64,000 nucleotides of DNA from Azolla caroliniana (lineage: Eukaryota; Plantae; Polypodiophyta), in the NCBI GenBank assembly GCA_043228905.1, contig JBHGNT010000010.1:14756001-14820000 (forward strand). Reading direction: 5' to 3'. Below are positions 13,701 to 32,071 of the stretch, piece after piece; the first letter of the stretch is position 1; each line of letters starts with the position of its first letter. Under the pieces are notes generated by a model. That model worked only from the letters and a program-made list of their open reading frames with translations. It was not told the DNA's origin and searched no databases. A program made the translations under genes and the position numbers.

Positions 13701-14923
13701 TGCTAAGAACATGGAACTATTTTGTCCATGCACTCATATGTTATTATTATTATTATTATGTTGTAGAGACATGTAAGAGAAACTAAGGCACAAAAAAATA
13801 AAAAATTTTAAATTTAAAGTAGAGGTTGAATATGTTTGGTACTTATACAACAAGATTTCAATGAATTATACGAATCGATGACTGCACGATTTTCCGAGCA
13901 TTTGGAAGAAAATAGCATGCCTTTTATGCGTATTTATAATAGTGTGCATCGTTGAACAAAACCTACCAAGTGTTTGGAAAAGATAGTGTGCATTGATGAT
14001 TGGACTAGCATTGCCTATTGCCAAGATACAATATCGTTAACTTTGTCAGAGGAAGGGAATAAGTTTTTGTTTTCAAACATCACGTTGTGAAACTTAACTA
14101 AGCTCTAAACATTTATATTTGAAAGACATTTTATATTTGAAAGAGAAATTGAATTAGTAAAGCCATAGGCGAATAAGAACATAGATAATTGGTATACTTA
14201 GGTTTTGGACTTATAGCATACTTAAAGCACGTACACTTAGTTTACGTCTAGGTTAAATCACATATACCTTTAGATTCACATTCGTTAATGCTTCCAATGA
14301 TCAGATAAATTACGAATATTAATCAATCATTACGTGTCTTCCTTACAAAAGTGAGAGTGAACCATGGGAGGTCTAAATTATGTATGCATAGAGGCAATTG
14401 GCCATTTTTTGTCCGGCATAATCAATGTCTTGCACATGTATTGCATTTTGTATTAACCTGGTAAGTATGCAACTACTACTATCATTGAAATCAAGGCTCA
14501 CTTATTGACTTGTTATCTGCAACTCAGATGAGTTTCTTACCTTTGCCCATGATATTGCATCAATATCTTAAGCTATAGAGATACACTGATCATTTGTAGA
14601 TGATTTGATGAGTATGTACAAGAAATGTAACATTATTACATTGGTCAACATTTGTATGCGTGTGTGCATGATACAACCATGTTGTCGGAAGAGTGTCATT
14701 CAGAATATCTCAAGCAATTTATAATATGTTGTTCCTACTAGAGTGAACAAGACGTAGATATGCAGGAAGAAGATCATTGGTTCATAAAAGATGGGGCATT
14801 AATACTTGAAGACAAACATAATGCAAAAAAGGTAAATGATATCTTGGACATACACACACACACACACACAAATCCTAATGGATTGGCTTGAGGTTTTAAC
14901 ATTCAAAGTTTGGACTTTGACCT

Positions 14924-14959
<36 letters not shown>

Positions 14960-15282
14960 CTCTTTCTTACACACACACATGTGTGTGCATGTGTATGTGT
15001 GGGGAGGAATAACTGTGTGCACATCTATAGACTATAATACATCAAATCCTGATTTCTAGAATCTTCCATGTGAGTTAGTTATCATATATGTTATACTATA
15101 TTCCATTCTCTCTCACACATTCAAATTTAGACGTCACAATCAATCAACTTGTCATTGTCATACCATGCCATACCATGTCAACATCATCATCATTATTGAC
15201 CATCCCCTTCTTCCTCTCATGATGATGTTGTTGAAAGGGAGAATGTTTAAAAAGAAACAAACAAGAAAAATGATGACCTATG

Positions 15283-15520
15283 AATGACTCACATCTATGA
15301 TTGACCATATTCTCTTTGATTCTTTGACCCTTGACTCTTTGACTTGTCCTTGACCCTTGTCATGACATGATCACAATTGAGGATCCTCTCCCCATCATGA
15401 CTCATCTATGATTGACCATATTCTCATTGATTCTTTGACCCTTGATTCTTTGACCCTTGACTCTTTGACTCTACCCTTGTCATGACATGATAACAATTGA
15501 GGATCCTCTCCCCATCATGA
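15283..15520. repeat. Tandem duplication (~120 bp) with internal ctttgacccttga sub-repeats
   Basis: catctatgattgaccatattctc...catgacatga..caattgaggatcctctccccatcatga is present twice. Confidence 0.85.
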
Positions 15521-16296
15521 TGTCGTTTTAAAAAGAGAATCTTTATAAACACGATAGTGATGCCCATGTGCCATGTTCTCCTAGATAGTAGTTAGGGACC
15601 AGGGTATGTATGTATGTATGTATGTAATAAATCTTACAAATGTAAACAAGCATTTAACGAGATGATGATGAAGATGATGGATCACGATGCATAAGTCACA
15701 TGAAATCCATCTCTCATGCTAGATATTACCTTGCACAAAAACACCCCACAAGATAATGATGCTATTATTACTTGTCTTTAGTTTATAAACACCCATTACT
15801 AGTTTTCTACGTGGTACTGTTTTTTGGCATTGTATGTGAATCAGAAGTGTAATTTAATAAGCTATCCGTGTCCCAACCTTAAGGAACATAAAAATGTGTG
15901 TCTAATAGATCATGGACTTACAGTTTTTGTGGGTTTTTAATCTTCAATGAGCATATGAGCAAAATATATTACATTGTCACACTTACAAGCAACTCTTACT
16001 TGGTGTTACAATATCATGGTTTCATCACAATTACATGTATGTTAGTGTTGAAAATTCTGTTTTCTTAAACTCTTATACAAATCTAAAGAGTACTCTTGCA
16101 CAAATTCATGGATGATTCTCATTCACATGGAGAAAACCAATGAAAGCCGAGGTATATAAATTGATGCAAAGTTTTTCCTTTTCTTTTCATTAAGTATGTG
16201 AGAACATACTTGGAAATGTCCAATGACATAGCAAAAATTTAGCCAAAATTACATATTGTCTAGGGGTTTCTTTTTTATTACATTACATATGATCCA

Positions 16297-18834
16297 TCAC
16301 ATCTTGCGTGCAAAGCACACCGTCAAACCACCGGGAAAGTGGTGGGTCTTCCGGATGTTGGCAGCTTTCTCGTTCACTTTACGAAGTTGTTCGGCTTGTT
16401 GGGCCTCGGCAGACGCTCGCATCTCCTCCGCCTTGCGGCGCGCGCTCGCCACCTTGCTCATCACCTTGTCTGTGGCTTGAGATCTCAATTTCTCCAATTT
16501 CACCTATACATCATTAGAATCACGTACACATTTAAAATAGCTATAGCATGTATGCATGCCACATTATATAAGTAGTCGCGATATAATGTATGTAGCCTTT
16601 CCATTACATTGCACTTGCTTGCTAGCGCACCTTAAAAGCATGAATATGGGTTCTCGGCTTCGTCTTTTTATTATCTACACTTTTCCCACATTTTCCTAAT
16701 GTGAGAAAAGAGCCCACATCCCCCCATGTTTGCTTAGAGCAAAGTGTTCATAATTTTACGAGCCTTAAAAAGCAATCTTAAAAACCTATTTAACATTATG
16801 AGATTCCCGAACATGACTATATGGTAACTCATAAGCTCATAAAAACATATCATGCTGGAAAAAGGGTCCAATTCACTATCATTGTTAATGCTTACAATAT
16901 TACACCAAAGTTTTTACCTCCAGTTTCTTCAACTCGGCATCGGCTTTGGCCCTTTGCAAAGCTACCCAAGCATCGATCCTTGCTTCCTCACGTTTGTATC
17001 TAAAGAATAGGGGGTGGGTTAAAAAATGGAAAATAAAGAAATCACACAAAGTTTGTACCAAGGACATGAGACAAGTTTGGAAGACACTTCCTAAGTAATC
17101 CTTGTCACACACACACACACACATACACACCCCATGAAAGATTGATCCATAGAATTGCAATTGTAGATGAGAAATTACTCCACTTGTTGCCCGGGGACTA
17201 AGTAGTATTTAATAAGGGTGATTTTGCTTAAAATTAAAGCACACTCACTTGGAGTTCAATTTCGCTCTTTCGGCTTTTTCCCACGCAGTTGCCCGAGCCT
17301 CGAAGCTACCGAAGCGCTCGAAGATGGAGCTCGCCGAGTTGCTACTCGTGTAATGGCTACTCGTGACCTCGCTACTTGCATAGCTAGAGGCACAATCATA
17401 ATGGACATCACACTCCTCCGCATTGTCGAGCTTCTTGGCGATCATGTTGTCCTTGCCGCATAAAAACACTTGCTTCGAGGCCGAGAGCATTGAGCTCGGG
17501 CTTGCCGAGCCGCTCGATACGAGGGTCGCATCGGGGGAGGGCCCCGGACCACCCACCAAATGCCGAGAATCCGTGTGATACGTGCAATGGGTTAACCTAT
17601 CGAGGCTACTACGGTGCCGGGTATCGTCCAACAACAAAGATCGTCCATCGGTGGGCGGGTTGGGGACGTGGTCCTTGCGCATACGATATTGATGATGGTG
17701 GAGATGATGATCGCGAGATCCGTCATTCACGATGAGACCGAGCTTCGCCAGATGGTGGGCCTCGAGCTCGAGGTGGTGATTGGGAGGATTAGGGTTAGGT
17801 ATGGTGTAGGGGATGCCATGGAAGGAGATGGATCTACGGGCGGGCGTGTTGTGGTGGAGACGGGAGGGGGAGGGGGGGTTCGACTTGGCGGGGGTATACG
17901 GCGGCTGAGGCTCCTCCACAAGCTCAAAGTGGTCGAGGGAGCGGCGGTGATGAGAATGTGATGGTGGTGGTGGTGGTGGGTATGGCCCGCATACGGGTAC
18001 GGGTACGGGTACGGGTATGCGTAGTGGTTCGGATAAGGGTAGCGGTACGGGGGCATGAGGCGGGGGCGGGGGGGAGGTTGCCCGGGAGCTCGGGAACGGG
18101 GTGGTGCTCGTGCCCATGTCCCTCCACGACACCGATGCCGATACCTCCGTGCCCGCGTCCTTCATGCTGGAATTAGGGTTCCACCTGCTGCTGCTGCTGC
18201 TACTGCTGCTGCTGCTACCCTCCATTGATTCTAGGGTTTTATTAGTGCCTCCTTCCTTCAACCCTACTAGCCTTAACTCCATTTGCCTCACTATGTCTTC
18301 ACATGTTATAATGTTGTTATGAGAAGCAGCAGCAGAAGAAGAAGAAGAAGAAGAAGAAGAAGGAACTTTAGGAACTACTACTACATTAGTAGTAGTAATC
18401 TTCTCACTAGTATGCCTGCTCCTGCTCCTCCTCCAATTATATCCTACCACATTCTCATCACTTCCATTATAATTGGGACCTGTTAATCCAATCCAGCCAC
18501 ACAAAAAACACCACCATGTTATATAGAAAATCACCTCCCAATTCTATTTCTCTTTTTTTCTTTTTATTTACAGATTCAATCAATTCTATTTTAACTTTCT
18601 TCACCTGCATACAAATTACACACACACACATATATATACACCCACATTAATTAAACCTACACAAAATCCATTACATATACAGTTTGCATATACTCTTGAG
18701 GCTTATTAAAGTCAAATGTAGGATTATGTAATGTCCAGAATTTTATGATCCATAAGACTTACCTTGTGCCACATGATTGTTATTCATATTCTGGTCCTTG
18801 ATCAATTGTGACTCGCTTCCAGTAGCTTCGTCAC

Positions 18835-18868
<34 letters not shown>

Positions 18869-20635
18869 GATGTTTAATGGCTTAATGTTAATCATCTCTT
18901 GGGATACTAATCCAGATTCTCCATTTTTAGTGCTATCTGCAGGATTAATACCATTCTTGGACATATTATAATCACTGGATTTGGAAGATGCTGTTGCTGA
19001 TGCTGATGCTGATGACGATGATGATGTTGATCCGCATTTCCTTTTCATCTTCCCTAGGATTTGATTATGTTTAAATCTCTCTTTGTAATCGATCCAAGAA
19101 ATTCGACCATTAGCATTAGTATTAGCATTAACATTAATACGATTGTGATTAGCGACCTCCCCATCACTAACAACCACATTAGTGTTGTGTTTGTTGCTGT
19201 GGCTGTGATTACCATTCTTCTTTATGTCAATTAATCTACAGTAATTTTTATGCTCATTACTACTAGATAGTGCAGAGCTATCATGGTTGTTGCTTGCCTC
19301 AATTGTTACATTATTCTCGGCATCCGAATGGGAGCCATCAAATATTCTTCTGCACACATGATTATCAACATGATCATAACTATTTCGCTTATAATTAGTA
19401 AGGACGGACTCTTTCATCCCACTCCTCTGATGAATTAATGGCAACGGTCCATGATCATCTAGCCTTTCATCATTCTTCTTATTTGAGGGGACCTGGTTAG
19501 TCATAATTGGATTTCCGAATCGGGTCCCATCATCGGATGAAGTGGAGGAAGATTTCATTGCATGATTCTCATCATTAATCATCCTACACCCATGATTCCT
19601 TTCTAACCTAGGATCTTCTGCAGCATATTTACCTGATGAATCTAACCCTAATTCATGGGTACCGGATTGTGCACCATGATAAACCGTAGGTTTCTGAAGC
19701 AGTTGAGTGATTAGCACTGATTTGGGATGGATCGCTCCAAGACCCTCATTAATCATGGGCTGTGTGATCATGTCAATACTACTATTATGGTGAATCTGAT
19801 CATTATTGTTGGAAAGCCACTTCTCTGCATCATCCCACTTGGAAGGAATCATATGGATTCTTCTCCCAGCATTCTTAATGATGAGGGCATCCGAGTCATT
19901 CTTCACGAATCCGGGGCTTGATTTCCTGATGATGCTTGGTTGAGTGTTGTGGCTTGGATTAATCTCAGAGTGATTAACGCTGCTGACACTAATCTCAGGG
20001 AGATTAGCAGTATTCACAGCCTTCTTGCATCGGAGCTTAGGATTAATGGGTACAGGCAGCTTACTAGTATTGTAAGAGCCGCTCATCAGTGTTAATGGCT
20101 CTCTACTGATGAACTGCCCATGATTTACTACTCTCTCATCTTTACCGCCATCGCCATCGCCATCGCCATCACCATGATTCTGATTCTGATTCTGATTCTG
20201 ATTCTGATTCTTATGCTTATTCTTACCATCATTGATGGTGTTGCTCTCATTCTCCTTGATCATTCTGTTGAATGCATTGGCCATTCCTATGTTGTTCTCT
20301 TTAGACCGTTCCATGCTGTCTTCCTGCAAACATCATCATAATCACCATAATAACAACAGATTAGTCCATAATGTATAAAAAAATCTTCCGCCGCAGAAGA
20401 ATGGTATGCTATGCATGAATGCATGTAGGTATGTATGTATTGCTATGTATGTATGTATCATGTATGTATGTATGTATGTATGTTATTGCTATGTATGTAT
20501 GCATGTATGAGAGAATTTGGAGAGAATATCAGTATGTAGTTGAAGGAGGAGTAGAAGTACATTTGGAGAGACATGAGGGCTTGATGATTCATCTCCCCAA
20601 GAGAGTGGCGAAGGGTCGCTATAATTAGCCTGCAT
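16297..20635 (-). CDS. Remorin, group-6 type, with a very long disordered N-terminus (predicted 1051 aa, 5 exons)
   Basis: Exons 20635-20561, 20323-18763, 18479-17249, 16999-16918 and 16503-16297 are all GT-AG and phase-compatible (3156 nt). Remorin C domain: FEARATAWEKAERAK...KYKREEARIDAW...KAEEMRASAEA...CFARKM. Group-6 motifs PSKWDDAEKWL, RDMGT and HNTPARRS. Exon 1 is the least certain. Confidence 0.88.
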
Positions 20636-20847
20636 GGTATGTATGTATGTATGTATGTATGTATGTATGTATGTATGGTCTTTAAGAGAAATTAAGGTTG
20701 CAAATGGAGTTAATCCTCACCCTAATTAAGGAAGGGCTTCTTGTTAATGCTAGAGATTGGGAGAAAAAGTGGGGGTGGGGGTTTAAGCAGGGGAGAGGAA
20801 GGATTGATGCTTGTTGAAGTTAATTAAAGAAGAAGAAGAAGATGATG

Positions 20848-20851
<4 letters not shown>

Positions 20852-20896
<45 letters not shown>

Positions 20897-21620
20897 CTAT
20901 GGAGAGACTGAGTTGAATTTGAAGTATGTATGTATAATAGGATATACATATAGTAGCTATAGGGTCTAGCTATTTATATATAGATAGATAGATGGATAGA
21001 TAGATAGGAGAGATAGATGGATAGATAGATAGATAGGAGAGATAGGGAGTGCATGTTTTATGTACATATATAGTATAGAGAGTAGGGTGACCTTAGCATG
21101 ACTCAGTAGCTAGCTAGCTAGCCATATGTATATATCTACATATATAATTTAGATGAAAGATAGCTATACCTACTATAGCTTTTTTATATACATAATACAT
21201 ATGTACATATAGTATTATGGATAGAGTGACTCTATCTTTAGCTCTACTATATGACGTGACAAATTAGACAATCCTAAGGTCAATACATATATGTACATAT
21301 AGATATATCTATACACATATATATCCATATATGTATGTATGTATGTATGGATGGATGGATGTATGGATGATGGATGGATGGGTGGATGTGTCACGTGTGT
21401 GTGGTTGTATGTATGTATGCATGCATGCATGTATGTATGTATGTATGTATGTATGTATGGATGGATGGATGTATGGATGATGGATGGATGGGTGGATGTG
21501 TCACGTGTGTGTGGTTGTATGTATGTATGCATGCATGCATGTATGTATGTATGTATGTATGTATGTATGTATGGATGGATGGATGGATGTGTCACGTGTG
21601 TGTGGTTGTGTGTATGTATG
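20852..21620. repeat. Microsatellite-rich upstream region: (AG)n, (GATA)n, (ATGT)n/(ATGG)n with a ~120-bp higher-order duplication
   Basis: Directly visible. ggatgtgtcacgtgtgtgtggttgt occurs three times (about 21385, 21495, 21585). Confidence 0.9.
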
Positions 21621-24600
21621 TGTCCCATGTACATTGCATGTCCTTGGAGAGATCTCCTTGGACCATATGAAATGTCCCTATTTCCCATGACCCAATACCT
21701 TGTATTTGAACAACCTACCTAGCTCCATATGTACATGTATGTGTATATATGCGTATTATGCAAAATGCGCATGCGAATGTGAATAGGGGTGTGTCTCGTT
21801 CCCTCATGCCTTGTCATATCGGTCATCTTCACGAGATCCTTGAATTTCTTCTTCTTCTTTTCCCTTCCCCGGATCACCACACTTAAAAAGCTCATTTGTT
21901 CACTTGCTTGTAACGAACGTTGTGTGAAATGTAAGTTTCATATTCGCCTTTGGCATCGATTGTGACTGTCATCAGTTTTCTCGTGATCTAAATCTGATCT
22001 GTCTTTCTCTTGTCAATTTTGTTGTAACCAATTGTCTCATGGGCCAAATTTGGTCTTAGAAGACATTAATATTTCTTTCTTTCTTTCTTTCTTTCTCTCC
22101 CTCCCTCCATCATCCATTATTTTGTCGATCTCTTCCACCCATCACTTCCTCCATCTCATTTCACGTCCTTGACATTTCATCCCTCATACATCAGTGTCGA
22201 AGATCACTTTGACATACTCGAACAAGCTTTCACGGATAGTAGCACAATGTTATTTTCTAAAGCTTTCGAATGAAGGGCAATCAATCCTCAAAAGTGTGAG
22301 ATATTTTTGGAAAATAAAATCTACATAGATGGAAATTTGTATAGCCAGAATTTACGTAATTTGAAGCGAAGGAATTCAATGAGGGACTACTGAATTGAAC
22401 CCCAAGTTTTTTCAATTTTAGTTTTATTATAAGTAAGGATTCGAGTTACGTTGGCCTTGCAATAATCAATATTGAACCTTGGCTCTTGGGCTCCACATGC
22501 ATTGTACCAATGAATTAGGGAATCCTTCCACATTCCACCACTTTGAGTTACAAATTGCACAACACACTACACTCACGAATCTTGCCCCCACATGCATTGG
22601 GTGATCCTATAATGAAATATACAACTCAATCACTTTATTGCAACAAAATGGTGTAGGTAGTAGTACCCTTGAAATCATGTTATTTTTTGCAAATCATGCT
22701 TCTAGTCACGTAGGGCTTGATTGAGTTCACATGAAACATTGAGCATACACACACGTTTGATTACACTATTTGTACTATTTTATACCATGTTTGAGAGTTT
22801 TCCCCAATAAAGATCTGCTCAATAGATATGCCTGGTATTTAAGGGAAACGTCTTATGATATAATAAATGTATGTCATCCTCGATTTAGTGGTAAGTTGTG
22901 ATTGTTTGCATTTTAATAATATAAGTGTCTCTTCATGTTAATGTGACATTATACCTTTTACTTATTACTCTAGTTCATATAATCTATGCTAGTGTTGATG
23001 ATTTTACAAGTTTACTATCATCGGTTCTATTGGCACGGTGGGTTCTAATTGTTTTAGCATGCAACTTCATTGAGAAAACCGTATACACTTAGAAGCAAGG
23101 TCCCACAAAGTATTAGCCTATTATATCGTTATTAAGATTGTAAATGACAATAATAACTCATCATGTTATCAATGTGCATAGTTGTATAGTAGCTACATCT
23201 TCTTTACATCTCATAAATTTGTATGAACTTTCAAGGTTTACATCCTCTCGTGTGTACCAAATCATCCAAAATCTCTTTGCTTCTTAAATAGGGAAACTAC
23301 ATGCTTTCTTGTTCCTATGTGATTCGTTACTACTTTTTGCCATGTAATAAAACATAGTAGGACATGGTTTACAAACAATAATATTTTTATTCATAAATTT
23401 TCTACTGCTAGAGACAAAATCCATGTGGGATCATGTCTCAAATCATGCATAGTTTCATAAAAAACTTGTATATTTCAAACACATTGCTTCGGGACACCCA
23501 TTAAGACCAACTAGAATCATGTGTATGATATGGATGTTTAATTCACAACTTATTACACCATGTTGAGTAGAGAAAGTTGGCAACATGGATAAGGCTTATA
23601 ATGGGTTCACTTTAAGAGAAGTCAAACAAGCTTAACTTCTATGTTCAAAGGATAAATTGGAATCAATTACATATCTACGTACATGTTTGGGTGTAGTGCA
23701 ACAACATGCTAGAGATTATAACCTAATCCCACTTTCTACCCGATTTCTTAGAAGCCATCAAACCAATAAGCACGAAACAATTGACCATGATTGATGTAGT
23801 GCTACCACGATAATCATAGACCATGATAGATACAGTAATATTTCATCATTACAAATGGTGAAAAGGATGAAGTAGGCATTGCACGATACATTCTTTTTTC
23901 CTTCCCAAGAAAGATCTTGGAAATTTTGGTACAAAGTGGCATCATTGCCTTTTGAAAGATCTTTCGAAATGCATAATGTGCGAATAATTATTTGCACAAC
24001 CTAAAAATGACCATTACATGTATCAAATTGGGAAACATTTTACCAAATAAAATGATCTTGTTTTCTTTTTTCGAGTTTTGGCAACCAAGTATTGGTATTG
24101 AACCACATCACTAAACTACTTATGTGGATTCTTATATATGTATGCATGGATGTATGTATGTATGTATGTATGTATGTATGTATGTATAGAAGCATGTTAA
24201 CACTTGGATGCATGAATGTTTGTCTTATGATGTTACGAAGTTATGATTCTCCATCTATAAACATCAATATAAAAGGCATGCATTTTTTTATGGATTTTAT
24301 TGAGCAATGGCATGGACACCCATTAGGATTGAACCACAAACTTGCTACTAACTATAGCACCTATATTGTCTTTTGGGAATTAAATCAATGTAGAAAAATA
24401 ACCTAAAGTTACAAATTGTTTAGAATCTAGAAAGTGTATAGCGGTATCATAATTATCATGTTTACTGAGTCTTTTTTATTTTGAAAGATTAAACTTTTCC
24501 CTAGGCTCACAAAGAGGGACAATTGAAAAAATCCAAATGCTCTCATGTTCACACCTTGGGTTGGAAGTGATAAGAGCATGCCACTAACCAGAGATGGTTT

Positions 24601-27467
24601 CTACTCAATGATTAGGATAGGGCAATCTACTAACTTTAACAAAGAGGTTATTATAGTATCTCCATAACTCTCTATATTTTTCTCTGCACTCAAACTCAAA
24701 GGAGATCCCTAGACTAGGATACATCCATAAGCACATTCTCTCACATAATTAACAAGCCTTTAACAATAGAACACCAATCGTCATATTATACTCTAGGAAT
24801 CACTCTCCTAATAACAACAAAGCATTCTTCTTTGTACATTGTTCACTTACCTCATTGTATTATCTATCATACCTCTTTCTCACCCTTTTCTCTTCTATGC
24901 TTCTCACTATTCATTTTCCCTTCTTTTCCCTCTCATCTTCTCATTAATAGCCTTATATACTTGAATTTGAGCAATACTACAACGTATCCAGTAGTGTACT
25001 TTTACACTAATTGAATTGAAAGCTTTGAGAGATGAGAACCAAATGTGGGATTTCTTTAGCTATGACTGGCTTGGATAATACATGCATATATTGAGTATGT
25101 TTATGCAATATCTATTAGGGGATTTCCCTACTCTTGACCTTGAGCACTCTTTGGTTCCAAGGGGTTACTTCTTTTGACACATTCAACACCTCATTTTTGG
25201 GGTTTTACATAAGCACATACATAAGAGGCACTTCGTGTGTCTAGGACTAGCAAGTAAATAAGTGTTTCCCATGACATAAATTTTTAAGTTGCATACAACA
25301 ACGATTTAGTGATGTTGGACATATCATAATATAGCAAAACCATGACCATGTGCCTTGTTGGATAGGTGCATGGTTAAGGTATGGAACTTGATACTAGAGC
25401 TTCCTAATCTATCATGCAATCAATCCTAAAATTAAATCGTAAAATAACACGTCTTTATTAGAGGTTATTTTTTCCAATTTGCACCTTATTCAAGAGCTCT
25501 TCATAATCACGACAATGGATCGTTCAAGATTGAACATAGGAGGTAAATCACTTGTTTACTTGTGTTATGTTGTATTGCATTAAATTATGTATGACTTATG
25601 TTAAGTTGTTATACAATTATTTTAATATAGTATGCTAGCTTACATCAATTGTATTAATATATATATATATTGTCAGACCTATTAATCTTTACACCACAAT
25701 TGTACTGACAAACATAGATAGACTAATTTTATCATCATTCTCAATGGCCAAATACAACATATTGGACTAATGTAACTTGGGAGGGAAATATGTAGTGTAG
25801 GTTAGTGTTGAATGTGAGGAAAACAACCTCTAATGTGATTTAAGGTGGAATGTTGCAATAAAGTATGCTATTCATGACTCACAAACTTGTTCAAGACAAA
25901 ACATGCAAGTCAATGAGTCTTCTCATTGTTGTCCTTTTTAATCACCTTCATCATGCTATGGAGGCGGCCTGTCACTCTCATTACAAGATGTTGTTGAGGC
26001 CCTTGGCATACAACTCAAAGTGAAACGTCTACAAATATACGGTCATCAAGTAGCCACAACAACTTTGAGTATAATCGTGTTCTAGTAAGGGATAAATATG
26101 ACATACTCACAAACTATATAGTACATTGTACCACTATGAATTGTATTTTTTGAATATTTCGTTTATTTGTAAGTTATGCCAAAGTGCAATGTTATGTTCT
26201 CTTTAAGAATGTTGGTGCTTCCATGATATGTTCGGCTATTCCATGTCATGTCTTTGTGTTATATACTTATGTTAGGTATTTGTTTCTCAAGCATTTATGT
26301 TATTTTAATATTAGAACTGTGAGTTATGTTTTGCTCTTGATTCTTACATTGTTTTTCTTCGAGGTGTATTAAGGTCCTATTTTTATGAGCTAGTTTTGTC
26401 ATGTCATGTTCTTGCACTAAATTGTTTTTGAGATAGTTTCGTCTTGTCTATTTGTTGCACTATAAATTTGACAAGTTTTTGAGCATGCCCAAAGATGATT
26501 TGTAATTTGAATTTTCACAATTGGCACAATGTTGGCAAATTCAAAATGGTCATTTTGAGACTTTGAAATGGAAAATAAAGCCAGCGGGGGTTCATTGAGA
26601 CTTTGAACCATAATGTTGAGGGCTTGGTTTAATGTGGTTCCCTACTATGAAATTGGTATTATGAGAGACATTTTTCAAGATAAAGAACACATGTGATCGG
26701 GGTCAAGGCATTTACTTTTATTAATGGATGATAATTGCTTTTTGTTTATTTTTAATAATGATATCTAGCAATATCAATCAGCCATTGAAATGTTCATCTC
26801 TGAAATGACTTCTATTATTTGATTGCTTTCTCTTCCTAGTTTGTCACAAGAGCACAACATTTTATTACCGGAGTTATAATTAGTCCATGTACTTCATAAA
26901 TCCACATTAACCAAATCTCATTAAACCACATCACCCATGGACCCTAAAGGCAGGGTGTGTGAAGATATTGTTAATGTTTTATGGGCACTAGTTTTGCAAG
27001 GATTATGTTTGTCTCTCAACAAAATCAATTTAAAATTTAGCTTTGTAAACAAATTGTTTAACAGATAGTTCATTTCAAAACAAACGATTTAATAGAAGTG
27101 GCTTCCCTTCCTTATATCTGTCAAATGTAAGAGTTTCCTCACTACATTGAACTTTGAGGAATGAACATTGAAGAGTGAAGTTCCTAATGTCCCTAAGATA
27201 CAAAAGCTAGTGTGCTTCAAACTAGACTATGGTGGTGAAAATAACATTATTGGCCTCATAGAGTCATCAATGTTTACGTCGTCATTTGAATGTCATGAGG
27301 CATACATCATGCATGTGGCTTTCATGAGCGGTTGGAAAGGTTGTCACTTGTTATGATTTACACATGCAATGCTTTCAAGTTGTGGTTCCTACATTGTATG
27401 ATCCATGTTATGCTACATGGCAAACATAGAACAAAGGAATCCACTTGATCTATTCATAGCATTATCA

Positions 27468-27675
27468 TAAAGTACATGGGAACTCTCATGATGTTCCAAT
27501 GATAACATAGAATTCTAAGACCAGATGGATTTCTCATGGACATGCAGTTTACGGTTGTGTACTGCATTAGAGTGGGAATTTCATAAGAACATGGGAACCA
27601 TCTTCCATTGTGGAGTTCCAATGATAACATAGACTTTAAGACCGTATGGATCTCTCATGGACCCACAGTTTTGTG
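27468..27675. repeat. Diverged tandem duplication (~120 bp)
   Basis: acatgggaac...ttccaatgataacataga..taagacc..atggat.tctcatggac...cagtttt occurs twice. Confidence 0.75.
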
Positions 27676-28845
27676 CTTCACTAGAGAGCGGATGCCAAAC
27701 AAAATATTTTAAGGGATCTGATAAGAGAGCTTTCCCGAACAAACTTCTATAACGGGTCCTTAGAGAGTGTAGTTTGTAACTATAAATATTTCAAGTGTAA
27801 AACTTTCGTATGAAAAGGAATGCATTATGAAGACAGCTTAACGCATGTTGTTCCTTGTCATGACATTGACTTCTCTTTGTTGTCGAATCGCCCCTACATT
27901 CTACATGCAAAAGATCACATGAAAAATAAAACACTCATACTACCCATCTCCTTACCCAAGCACTCATAGAACACACAACAAAATTTGAACACAAATCTCA
28001 TACATGTCATTACCCAAGTAATTGTTTTCCCACGTGAAAGAGAATCAAAAGTTCAATACCATTTAGACTCTAAAATCATATGTCAAACAAATGAATGCAT
28101 CATGATGGAATTAGAATAGTATGAAGTTCATTATTCATATTCATGCCATTGGAGAAAAGATATACATTATGACAAACACATTTGCAAACATGTTTCAACT
28201 TCAATTTATCCCACTTGCAAACACATTATGATCTCCCATTTCAATAGGAAACAAGTGCATCGCTGAGTAATATTTATCATGTAAGAACTCATCAAAACTA
28301 TTCCATATTTAGGAAGTCAACATAACACATAGGTATTGGGGCAAGCATTTTTGTTTGAACCAATAGCAACACTAATCATGAATTCAAAGTATCATGTTGG
28401 CATAACAATGTCTACCAATATTATTGAATTTCATCTAGATCATGTCTTTGAATGATTACTTATCTTTAATTGGCATCAAACTATTGACTTCCACATTGAT
28501 GCAACTAATCAGATCGTTACTTGGAGTTTACTCATGGAATTTCAAACAGACGCAAGATATGCAAAAATGGTTTGGAAGATGGGATGCATTTGCACCTGCT
28601 TCATGATGTCTCAATGAATGCGCCCGTTTTGCAAATTTGACCATGAAGGCATATCATAGAATACAACGAAATCAGATTGAATTTATGGATATATCAAATT
28701 CAAGTGATACTACAAAATAACTTTGTTCTTCAAAATCAAAGCAATATTTTCATCTCTATTTTTTTGAATGGCTTCCTTTGCAGAGGACATGCCAATAAGA
28801 AGATACATAGAACCTCAGTTTCCCATTGTCATGAGTGTTTTAAGA

Positions 28846-32071
<3,226 letters not shown>

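Noticed and set aside
10800-14850. Possible decayed transposon coding remnants, including a degenerate ~60-bp periodicity near 11150-11570
   Set aside because: No diagnostic motif could be read with confidence, so it is left unannotated.
17218-18486. Multiple overlapping ORFs in other frames and on the + strand
   Set aside because: Shadows of the GC-rich, low-complexity remorin exon 3.
21215-21722. ORFs of 68-157 aa (MYVCMY.../HTYIHT...)
   Set aside because: Stop-free translations of ATGT/ATGG microsatellites. The same applies to the RERERE/LSLSLS/THTHTH ORFs at 3546, 31043, 52841-53141 and 62964.
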